Assembly: GCA_035461245.1 (NCBI GenBank)
Contig: DATHVP010000008.1
Location: forward strand, 6,000 to 69,999
Reading direction: 5' to 3'
Length of the DNA: 64,000 nucleotides
Origin: Longimicrobiales bacterium
GTDB lineage: Bacteria > Gemmatimonadota > Gemmatimonadetes > Longimicrobiales > RSA9
Every line of letters starts with the position of its first letter. The stretch's first letter is position 1. Positions 1 to 7,709 of this stretch are shown here, piece by piece. The notes below the pieces were generated by a model. That model saw nothing but the letters and a program-made list of their open reading frames with translations, searched no databases and had not been told where the DNA came from. The position numbers and the translations under genes are program-made.

Positions 1-690
1 AACAACCCCATCGCCATCATCAGTGCCAAGGCGCGGCTGATGCTGCGCGAGGGGCGCGAGCAGCTGCCACCGCGGGCACGGGAGGAGGTCGCCAAGATAG
101 CTGAACTGGCGGACCGGGTGGCACGCATTGCACAGGGGCTGCTTTCATACTGCCGCCCCGCCCCCGGGATCCGCCAGCCGCTGGACGTGCGGCTGCCCGT
201 CCGGCGAGCGCTCGCATATGTGGAAGGACGCGCCCGCCATGCGGGTGTGGTGGTCAACGACAGCCTGCCACTCGCACTGCCGGCTGTAGTGGCGAACGCC
301 CCGGAGATGGAGCAGGTGTTCCTCAACCTGTTTCTCAACGCGCTGGACGCCATGCCCGATGGCGGCACGCTCGAGGTGAGTGCGTCCGTCCTGCCGTCGG
401 CGGCGCACGACGGAGCGGCTGATGCCATTGCCATCGAGGTGCGCGACACGGGGTGTGGCATTGCCCCGTCCATCCGGGACCGGATCTTCGAGCCGTTCCT
501 CACGACCAAGGGCGGCAGGGGCACGGGTCTGGGCCTCTCCATCTGCCAGGGCCTCGTGCGGAGCCACGGCGGCGAGATCTGCCTGCACAGCGAGGCGGGT
601 GGCGGCACACGGGTCCGGGTGACCCTGCCTGTGGCGGTGGCAGCAGCTGCTCATGGTCGACCGGCGCGGGTGGCGGTGAACCATGCCTGA
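1..690 (+). CDS. sensor histidine kinase, C-terminal part (5' end lies outside the window)
   Basis: The frame-1 ORF is open at the window start. NNPIAIISAKARL looks like the tail of an H-box. It is followed by an N-box (FLNLFLNALDAM), G1 (VRDTGCGI), F (FEPF) and G2 (GRGTGLGLSI), which are HATPase_c motifs. Confidence 0.85.
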   Translation, partial: NNPIAIISAKARLMLREGREQLPPRAREEVAKIAELADRVARIAQGLLSYCRPAPGIRQPLDVRLPVRRALAYVEGRARHAGVVVNDSLPLALPAVVANAPEMEQVFLNLFLNALDAMPDGGTLEVSASVLPSAAHDGAADAIAIEVRDTGCGIAPSIRDRIFEPFLTTKGGRGTGLGLSICQGLVRSHGGEICLHSEAGGGTRVRVTLPVAVAAAAHGRPARVAVNHA

Positions 691-2068
691 GCTCAGGGTG
701 CTGGTCGTGGATGATGAGCCCGGCATGCTGGAGGTCTGCACGGATATCCTGCGGGAGCTGCCGGGCGTGCGCGTCGTGGCCGAGAGCGACTCGACCCGGG
801 CGCGGACGCTGCTCGACGGAGGAACCTGGGACCTGCTCATGACGGACCTCTGCATGCCAGACGTCGATGGGCTGCAGCTGCTGCGAGCCGCGAGGGAGCA
901 GGACCCGGAGCTGCCGGTGCTCATGCTCACGGCGTTCCCCAGCGTCGAGACCGCGGTGGAAAGCATGAAGCATGGTGCTGCTGACTACCTGACCAAGCCG
1001 TTCCTGCCTGACGACCTGCTGCACACGGTGCAGCGACTGCTCGACAGCCGACAACTCCGCGCGGAGAACCGGCTGCTCCGAAGGCAGGTCGAGCGCGGTC
1101 ATACGTTCGGCGAGATGATCGGTCAGAGCGCCGCCATGCAGGCCGTCTTCGAGCTGATCGATCGGGTCGCCTGTTCAGATGTGGACGTGCTCATAACCGG
1201 CGAGACCGGGACAGGCAAGGAACTCGTTGCCCGTTCCATCCACCAGCGCAGCCAGCGCGCTGGCGGCCGCTTCGTGCCGGTGGACTGCGGAGCCATTCCG
1301 GAGGAGCTGCTGGAGAGCCAGCTCTTCGGTCACGAGCGAGGAGCGTTCACTGGTGCCCACACCCGGAGCATGGGTCTCCTCGAGTTCGCTCATCGGGGTA
1401 CGTTCTTCATGGATGAGATCGCCCAGCTGGCCCCCCGCCTCCAGGCCAAGCTGCTGCGGGCGCTGCAGGAGCGCCGGATCCGCCGGGTGGGTAGCACGCA
1501 GGAACTGGACGTTGACGTACGTATACTCGCAGCCACTGCCCTCGACCTGCAGGCGGAGGTGACGGCGCAGCGGTTCCGCATGGACCTGTTCTATCGCATC
1601 AACGTGGCCCACGTGCATCTCCCGGCCCTGCGACAGCGTGTCGAGGACATCCCGTCCCTGGCCGCTCATTTCCTCACCCGATACGGTGCGGAAATGCAGC
1701 GGACCGGCATGCAACTCGATGGCGGGGCGCTGGAAGTGCTGTGCGGCTACTCCTGGCCGGGTAACGTGCGAGAGCTGCAGAACGTGATCAAGCGCAGCAT
1801 TGCGCTGGCGCGGCGCGAATGCATCCGCGTTGAAGACCTGCCGGAGCACATCGTGACTGCCGCTGCCGTGCCCGGCACTGGGGAGGGCCCGGGATTCTTC
1901 GACCTGCGCGACCAGCACGTGGCCAACTTCGAGCAGGAGTACCTGCGTCAGCTGCTGAAGTCATGCCGGGGCAACATCTCCCAGGCCGCAGGTGAGGCCC
2001 GCCTGCCGCGGGGCACGTTCTATCGCCTTCTCGGCCGCCACGGCCTGGACCCCTCAAGCTACCGCTGA
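683..2068 (+). CDS. sigma-54-dependent response regulator (NtrC family enhancer-binding protein)
   Basis: There is a REC domain (VLVVDDEPGM, TDLCMPDVDG, LTKP). The AAA+ core has Walker A GETGTGKE and the sigma-54 contact loop ERGAFTGA. A C-terminal Fis-type HTH is present (ISQAAGEARLPRGTFYRLL). The ATG overlaps the kinase stop by 8 nt. Confidence 0.95.
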   Translation: MPELRVLVVDDEPGMLEVCTDILRELPGVRVVAESDSTRARTLLDGGTWDLLMTDLCMPDVDGLQLLRAAREQDPELPVLMLTAFPSVETAVESMKHGAADYLTKPFLPDDLLHTVQRLLDSRQLRAENRLLRRQVERGHTFGEMIGQSAAMQAVFELIDRVACSDVDVLITGETGTGKELVARSIHQRSQRAGGRFVPVDCGAIPEELLESQLFGHERGAFTGAHTRSMGLLEFAHRGTFFMDEIAQLAPRLQAKLLRALQERRIRRVGSTQELDVDVRILAATALDLQAEVTAQRFRMDLFYRINVAHVHLPALRQRVEDIPSLAAHFLTRYGAEMQRTGMQLDGGALEVLCGYSWPGNVRELQNVIKRSIALARRECIRVEDLPEHIVTAAAVPGTGEGPGFFDLRDQHVANFEQEYLRQLLKSCRGNISQAAGEARLPRGTFYRLLGRHGLDPSSYR

Positions 2069-2192
2069 GCACTGTTCCATCGCCGTGACACGGCCGGGGC
2101 CGCTGTCTCATCGGCGTTACACCTCGTCCAGCTGTTGCAGCAGCAATCACTTCCGCAGTTCATGGCGCCACCGCCCGTCCATTCTCCCTGGA

Positions 2193-2216
2193 GCCTGTCT
2201 CATCAGCGAGACAGGC
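2193..2216. promoter_or_regulatory. perfect 9-bp inverted repeat (gcctgtctc-N6-gagacaggc); candidate activator-binding site or terminator hairpin
   Basis: The repeat was read directly. It lies 125 nt after the regulator stop and about 105 nt upstream of the sigma-54-type promoter. No T-tract follows, so it is not a classical intrinsic terminator. Confidence 0.35.
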
Positions 2217-2319
2217 GCTGGCCTGCGCGCCGCTGGCGCCCCGGGTTGCTGGTGGCATAAGACCAATCAGAGCAAGCAGTTATGCTGTACATGCCAGTTG
2301 GGCCGCAGCCGGGCAGGTC

Positions 2320-2335
2320 CGGCACCGCGATTGCC
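2320..2335 (+). promoter_or_regulatory. candidate sigma-54 (-24/-12) promoter
   Basis: The sequence cGGCACcgcgaTTGCc has GG at 2321-2322 and GC at 2333-2334, matching the canonical TGGCAC-N5-TTGC spacing. It lies 98 nt upstream of ATG 2432 and immediately downstream of a sigma-54 activator gene. Confidence 0.55.
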
Positions 2336-2431
2336 CTTATCAGGAGCGTCACAATGCCGCGCGCCGGCGGAACGTTGCGGGGAACGGTGCCGCGGAAGCT
2401 TGACTGCACGAACGAACCTGTGGGGGGATCC

Positions 2432-3853
2432 ATGAAGCGGACGTACTGTCGAAGCTTTCGCGCCGTCCTGGTGCTGGCCGTTGCTTCAGCCGTGGGCTGC
2501 GAACCTGACGTGGTATATCGGGACCCGGTGCTGTACGACGCACCGCCTGCCGGTGCAGGTGACTTCCTGGGCTACTCGGCAGCGGCAACAAAGCGCACGG
2601 TGTGCGGTAACTGCCACATAGGGAAACAGCGGGAGTGGGAAGAGACGGCCCACGCTGATGCCTGGGCCACACTGGCGCAGAGTGGCGCCATGCAGCCGTT
2701 GTGTCAGGAGTGTCATACGGTCTCGTCACGGGGCAACGTAGTTGCCACTCCCAGTGTCGGGTGGCCGGCCACACAGAACGCGCGCTACCGGGACGTACAG
2801 TGTGAGGCGTGCCACGGCCCGGGCCTGCTCCATGTAATGAACCCGGACGCGCGAGGGAATCGCCCGCTGGCCCCGGTGGCAGTGGCGGCGGACCCGGCCT
2901 GGGGTTGCGGCCAGTGCCACTCAGGCGCGCACCGACCTTATGCCGAGGAATGGGCGGGATCGCTGCACGCCAGGCAGGTCGGCTCCCGCAGCACGAACGT
3001 GAACTGCATTGGTTGCCACGAGGCGAAGGGCGTGCTGCGCGCCTGGGGGGTGAAGTCGACGATTCTCGAGGAGACGACTGATGCAGGTCACATGGCGATC
3101 ACGTGCGTGGTCTGCCATGACCCGCATGATGCTCGGAACAGCGGGCAGTTGCGCTTCCCCATGGATGTCCCGTCGGTGCAGGAGAACCTGTGCATGAAGT
3201 GCCACCAGCGCAGGGGCACACCGGACCTGGCCTCTCAGTCGGCCGGCCCGCATTCGCCCGAAGGTCCGCTGCTCCTCGGTGAGGCAGGCTGGCTGCCACC
3301 AAACTTCGAGTATCCGGCGGGCGCACTGGTGGGGAGCCACGGCAGTGACAGGAACCCGCGCCTGTGCGCCACCTGCCACGTCACCGATTACCAGGTGCAC
3401 GACCCGATCACCAGCGCTTCGGGATTCCGCGCGACGGGGCACAGCTTCCAGGCGATCCCGTGCGTGGATGACGGCGGCGTGCCCACCGGCGAGCGTTCGT
3501 GTGAGATGACCCAGCGTTCCTTCCGTAGCTGCACGAGTTGCCACCTCACTGAAACTGCAGCGCGGGCGGCCCTCAGTGTGGCCGAGATGCGCATCAGCCG
3601 ACTGGCGGGCGAAATCGGCAGCATGCTGCCGCGCATCGCTGCCTCCGAGTTCAGCAACACCGACAACCGGTACACGACGGCGGAGGGTGCGCGCTTCAAC
3701 ATGCAACTGGCTCAGAAGAAGGGCTCGGTCGCCCACAACCCGTTCCTGCTGGAGGCGCTGCTCCTGGCCAGCATACGGCAGATCGAGATCGACTACGGCA
3801 TCAGGCCATCCGCTGCAGTGTCACTGCAGGCGGAGCTGACGCAGCACGACTGA
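2432..3853 (+). CDS. nonahaem c-type cytochrome, probable lipoprotein
   Basis: Nine CxxCH motifs are present (CGNCH, CQECH, CEACH, CGQCH, CIGCH, CVVCH, CMKCH, CATCH, CTSCH). The start was moved from 2282 to ATG 2432, giving MKRTYCRSFRAVLVLAVASAVGC, a signal peptide with a lipobox-like AVGC. Confidence 0.9.
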   Translation: MKRTYCRSFRAVLVLAVASAVGCEPDVVYRDPVLYDAPPAGAGDFLGYSAAATKRTVCGNCHIGKQREWEETAHADAWATLAQSGAMQPLCQECHTVSSRGNVVATPSVGWPATQNARYRDVQCEACHGPGLLHVMNPDARGNRPLAPVAVAADPAWGCGQCHSGAHRPYAEEWAGSLHARQVGSRSTNVNCIGCHEAKGVLRAWGVKSTILEETTDAGHMAITCVVCHDPHDARNSGQLRFPMDVPSVQENLCMKCHQRRGTPDLASQSAGPHSPEGPLLLGEAGWLPPNFEYPAGALVGSHGSDRNPRLCATCHVTDYQVHDPITSASGFRATGHSFQAIPCVDDGGVPTGERSCEMTQRSFRSCTSCHLTETAARAALSVAEMRISRLAGEIGSMLPRIAASEFSNTDNRYTTAEGARFNMQLAQKKGSVAHNPFLLEALLLASIRQIEIDYGIRPSAAVSLQAELTQHD

Positions 3854-3946
3854 TGGATCCAGACTCGGATGGGCGGCGGCCGGACCCCTACCCCGGCCCT
3901 GCCGGTGCCGGCTCGCCGCCCACCGAGTGGCTCGCAGAGGAAGGTC

Positions 3947-4801
3947 ATGCATGTGACTGCCGGATCCGGGAGGCCATACCGCTGGCCATTCACTGCAGCT
4001 GCCGTACTGCTGGCATCGCTGGTGCTGGTGACCGCGGGCGCGGCCATGCTTTCAGTCCGGAATGAGTCCCGCGCCGTGCATGCGGCTGGTTCCGGTGCCG
4101 TCTATTCGACCGGTGCGCACCCAGCGTTGCCCGCTGGCGCCGGGCCTGCCATCGCCGCCTCGAACGACCGCACGATTGCGAGCGTCCCGACGCCGGTGGC
4201 CGAGACCACCCGGCGGCGCGCGTTCGACCACGCTGTGCATGAATCCGTCAGCTGCACACGCTGCCATGGCGCGGGTGGTGAGCATCGAGCCCTGCTGGTG
4301 CGCGGCCCCGCGGACTGCGCTGCCTGTCACCACGACGACGCGGCCCCGCGCATCTGCAGCGATTGCCATGCACTGGCAGGGCTGCCTGAGCCAGGCCATG
4401 TCATCCTTCGACTTGCCCTGGGCGTTTGGGCGGCGCCGCAGGAGCGGGAGCTGCCCTTCGGTCACGCCGTGCACGGCGCGGTTGATTGCCGTGAATGCCA
4501 CCAACGCCCCGTGACGCTTGCCATGGAACGCAGCTGCGGGTCCTGCCACGAGGCGCACCACTCCGCTGCATCCGATTGCGCGGCGTGTCATGGGCCGGCA
4601 ACAGCGCGGGCGGAGCACGTTCACGGTGCCCGCGTGCACCTGTCGTGCGAGGGTGCGGGCTGCCATGCGGGTGCCGTTGCGCCTGCGCCGGACCTGTCGC
4701 GCAGTCTCTGCATCGCCTGCCACGCGCCGCAGGTCGAACACGAACCGGGCGAGGCCTGCGCCCGCTGTCACCTGCTCGCGGCAGCGGGAGGTGCCCCGTG
4801 A
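3947..4801 (+). CDS. multihaem c-type cytochrome (c3/c7-type repeats), N-terminal membrane anchor or signal
   Basis: Eight CxxCH motifs are present (CTRCH, CAACH, CSDCH, CRECH, CGSCH, CAACH, CIACH, CARCH), plus one CX4CH (CEGAGCH). There are F-x-H-x2-H...CxxCH units (FDHAVHESVSCTRCH, FGHAVHGAVDCRECH). ATG 3947 is preceded by AGAGGAAGG. The hydrophobic N-terminus reads FTAAAVLLASLVLVTAGAAML. Confidence 0.85.
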   Translation: MHVTAGSGRPYRWPFTAAAVLLASLVLVTAGAAMLSVRNESRAVHAAGSGAVYSTGAHPALPAGAGPAIAASNDRTIASVPTPVAETTRRRAFDHAVHESVSCTRCHGAGGEHRALLVRGPADCAACHHDDAAPRICSDCHALAGLPEPGHVILRLALGVWAAPQERELPFGHAVHGAVDCRECHQRPVTLAMERSCGSCHEAHHSAASDCAACHGPATARAEHVHGARVHLSCEGAGCHAGAVAPAPDLSRSLCIACHAPQVEHEPGEACARCHLLAAAGGAP

Positions 4802-6273
4802 GATGCAGGCTTCCAGCCATGGCCGGCCTGCTGCTGCCAGGCGTGCTGGCCGCCGCTCCGCTGGGTGCGCAACAGGTCCGCGTGACCGGCGCCTCCACCA
4901 TGAGATACATCGAGCTGCGGCCATTGGCCCGGGACAGCGTGGCGGAGGACCAGGTGCCTGGTTCCGGGCTGCTGCGCCAGTTGCCTGACGGCCGCACCGT
5001 CCGATGTGTGCCCGGGGATCCCTTCTGTCGTTACTCTCGTCCGGGCGAGCGGGTGGCCGCCGTGCCGCTGCTGCAGGACCTCGAAGCCAGCGCATGGGGA
5101 CTCGGCCGCGGCGTCCGGGGTTTTGCGCACCTCCGCATGCGCAGCGCATTGGGTGGAAGCGCCGGCATCTGGCCCCAGGAGGACGACGCTGTCGAACTGC
5201 TGGCCGCGTACGCCGAACTTGAGCGCACGCGGTACCGGATCCGTGCCGGTCGGCAATGGCAGGTATCCGGACTTGGTTTCTACAATTTCGATGGCATGAA
5301 TGCCGGCGGCGAGCCCGTGGCGCGAACCTGGGTCGAAGTGTACGCCGGACGCAGTCTGGTCCGGGGCATGAATGAATCCCGCGCCGGTGGCGCCCTCGAG
5401 GCCATCGAGGAATTCGCGCCGGCGGCGCACGGTATCATCGCCGGTGCCCACGCCCGCTACCGCCCCGCCACGGGCGTGGCGCTGTCCGCGTCGTATCAGG
5501 CGGACTTCCGAAGTGATGGTGCCGGGCTGTTCGCGGAGCTCGCCGCTCTGCATGCCTCGTGGCAGGGCGGCGCGGCGTCCGTCGAAGTGGCAGTGGAGAC
5601 GGATGTTGCCACTCTCGGACTCAACGAGGCGCGCGTGTCGGTGCATGCATCGCCCCGGGGGCCAGTGGCGCTCCACGGCGAGCTTCGGCGCTACCGCCCC
5701 TACTTCGAGCTGTGGACGATCTGGGGCGCGTTCTCACCCGTCGGCTTCGACGAAGCGCGTTTCGGCGCGACCTGGGCGGCCTCTGGTCGCAGGCTGCTGT
5801 TCCGCACGGACCTCGCGCACCGCCGCTACGGTGATGCCGGGGTGGCCAATTCCCTTGATGAGTTCCGCGGCAGCGGCTGGGGTGTCCTGGTTGGTGGAAC
5901 CTGGCTGCCGGCGCCCGCCTGGCGTGTAGATGGCGCGTATCGGGTGGAGGCGGGATTCGGCGCGGCCCGCCGGGACGGTCATGCGGGCGTCACGCGCCGG
6001 CTCGGTACTGCGGGCTCCCTGTCACTGCAGGCTCTGGCCTTCCAGCGTCTCTACGAGTTTCGTCTCGACGAGGGCACTGTCCGTGGCGTGACGGCGGAAC
6101 TGGCGCTGCCCCTCCTGCCCCGGGCGACGCTGTTCGCCACCGGCGCGGCGTATCGGCACCCCGCTGGCCGCTCCGGCGGGGTCGACTGGAACCAGCGCCG
6201 TGGCAGCCTGCGTCTCCAGTGGATGCTCGGTTCGGAACCGTCGCTACCCGCCTGGAATGGAGGTGGGCAATGA
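4798..6273 (+). CDS. predicted outer-membrane beta-barrel protein (family not recognised)
   Basis: GTG 4798 is preceded by GGGAGG (4786-4791) and overlaps the upstream stop (GTGA); ATG 4819 is the alternative start. The Sec-type N-terminus reads VRCRLPAMAGLLLPGVLAAAPLGAQQ. There are no long hydrophobic helices. Many short amphipathic Tyr/Trp/Arg/Gly-rich stretches occur (YRIRAGRQWQVSGLGFYNF, WRVDGAYRVEAGFG, SLSLQALAFQRLYEF, GSLRLQWML). Confidence 0.55.
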   Translation: MRCRLPAMAGLLLPGVLAAAPLGAQQVRVTGASTMRYIELRPLARDSVAEDQVPGSGLLRQLPDGRTVRCVPGDPFCRYSRPGERVAAVPLLQDLEASAWGLGRGVRGFAHLRMRSALGGSAGIWPQEDDAVELLAAYAELERTRYRIRAGRQWQVSGLGFYNFDGMNAGGEPVARTWVEVYAGRSLVRGMNESRAGGALEAIEEFAPAAHGIIAGAHARYRPATGVALSASYQADFRSDGAGLFAELAALHASWQGGAASVEVAVETDVATLGLNEARVSVHASPRGPVALHGELRRYRPYFELWTIWGAFSPVGFDEARFGATWAASGRRLLFRTDLAHRRYGDAGVANSLDEFRGSGWGVLVGGTWLPAPAWRVDGAYRVEAGFGAARRDGHAGVTRRLGTAGSLSLQALAFQRLYEFRLDEGTVRGVTAELALPLLPRATLFATGAAYRHPAGRSGGVDWNQRRGSLRLQWMLGSEPSLPAWNGGGQ

Positions 6274-7709
6274 CGCGCGCCCGGCTGCTGCAGGCGGGAA
6301 CGGCGCTCGCTGTGCTCGCCGCCGGCGCCGGCCTGGTGCGAGGCGCACCGGGCGGCGGCGACCTGTTCCCCCATGCCGTGCATGAGCGCCTGTTCCCTGT
6401 GTGCGAGAGCTGTCACGCAGGCGTGTTCGCCGATGAACCGGCTGCCGCGTTCCCGCAGCCGGCCCACTGCCGCCACTGCCACGATGGTGTGAGGGCGGAC
6501 TCCGTTGCCTGGACCGGGGCCGCACCCCGCGTGTCCAACCTCCGCTTCTCCCATGGGCAGCATGGGAGGGCACTGGCGGCAGCGGGTGAACCTGCAAGCT
6601 GCCAGGCCTGTCATGCCCGGGGCGGCGAGCCGGCGCGCATGGACGTCGGTGCCGCCACCGCCGAGCGCTGCATCGCCTGCCACGAACACAGTGCGACGAC
6701 GCACATGGCGCTGCCCGCCGATTGCAGCCGCTGCCACCTGCCGCTGGATCGGGTGGCGGAACTGAGCGCCGGCCGCATCGCCCGCTTCCCGCGACCGCCC
6801 TGGCACGAAGCGGACGACTTCATACTGACGCACGCAACGACGGCCGCACCGGCCGATGCGTCGTGCGGCGTCTGTCACGCCCGCCAGACGTGCGAGCGCT
6901 GCCATGCCAATGCGTCGGCCCTGGCCGCGGTCATGGCGCTGCCGCAGGACACCCGCGTGGCGCAACTGGAACGCGGACGGCCGGCTGTGTATCCGCTGCC
7001 GGCAGGACATGCCGCGGCGGACTGGCACCTGGCCCACGGTACGGCTGCCCGTGCCGCCGTCGGTTCCTGCGCCAACTGCCACACGCGACCCAGTTGCACG
7101 GCATGCCATGCGGGCGGTGACGGCCGTGCGCTCGCGCTGGTGGCGCAGCTGCCGCCGGTGGCGCCCGGCGCGGCACCGGGCGTGGATCCTGCGCGCATCA
7201 CGCGAGGCGTGCATGGCGCCGATGTCCGGCTGCAGCACGGCCGCCTGGCGGCGTCCGGGCAACTGGACTGCGCCCAGTGCCACGCCCGTGCCGAATGCTC
7301 CGAGTGCCACGCCGCAGCGGACTCCCGCGCGTTCCACCTGCCGAACTTCGTGGAACGGCACGCCGTGGATGTCTTCACCGGCCGCGGCGAGTGCCAGGCC
7401 TGCCACAGCACCGACACATTCTGCCGTGCCTGCCATGCACAGGCGGGCATTGCCTCCGGCGACATGAAAGCGGCGTTCCATGATGGCCAGCCCATGTGGG
7501 TGCTATCCCATGGCCGCGCCGCGCGACTGGGCCTGGAGGCCTGCGCTTCCTGCCACCGGCAGAGCGACTGCGTGCAGTGCCATTCGGCGGCGGGCGGCTG
7601 GGGGGTCAACCCCCACGGCCCGGGTTTCACCGGCCGGGGCGAGTCCCGCAGTGCAGCCAGCTGCCGGCTCTGTCACCTGGCCAGCCCGCCGAGAGGAAGT
7701 GGATCATGA
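6270..7709 (+). CDS. 16-haem c-type cytochrome (polymer of c3/c7-type units), periplasmic
   Basis: Sixteen CxxCH motifs were counted by eye. Paired units recur, such as SCGVCHARQTCERCH, SCANCHTRPSCTACH, DCAQCHARAECSECH, ECQACHSTDTFCRACH and ACASCHRQSDCVQCH. The signal peptide reads MTRARLLQAGTALAVLAAGAGLVRG. ATG 6270 overlaps the barrel stop (ATGA). Confidence 0.9.
   Translation: MTRARLLQAGTALAVLAAGAGLVRGAPGGGDLFPHAVHERLFPVCESCHAGVFADEPAAAFPQPAHCRHCHDGVRADSVAWTGAAPRVSNLRFSHGQHGRALAAAGEPASCQACHARGGEPARMDVGAATAERCIACHEHSATTHMALPADCSRCHLPLDRVAELSAGRIARFPRPPWHEADDFILTHATTAAPADASCGVCHARQTCERCHANASALAAVMALPQDTRVAQLERGRPAVYPLPAGHAAADWHLAHGTAARAAVGSCANCHTRPSCTACHAGGDGRALALVAQLPPVAPGAAPGVDPARITRGVHGADVRLQHGRLAASGQLDCAQCHARAECSECHAAADSRAFHLPNFVERHAVDVFTGRGECQACHSTDTFCRACHAQAGIASGDMKAAFHDGQPMWVLSHGRAARLGLEACASCHRQSDCVQCHSAAGGWGVNPHGPGFTGRGESRSAASCRLCHLASPPRGSGS

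Noticed and set aside
2282-2431. N-terminal extensions offered by the ORF track (2282, 3869, 4495, 6219, 7496, 9940, 10500, 11411, 26323, 47177, 51890 and others)
   Set aside because: The extensions overlap the upstream gene or run through intergenic DNA, and they encode Arg/Pro-rich junk. Internal starts give proper signal or Tat peptides, have RBS-like GGAGG/GGGAGG, or sit in ATGA/GTGA overlaps with the preceding stop.
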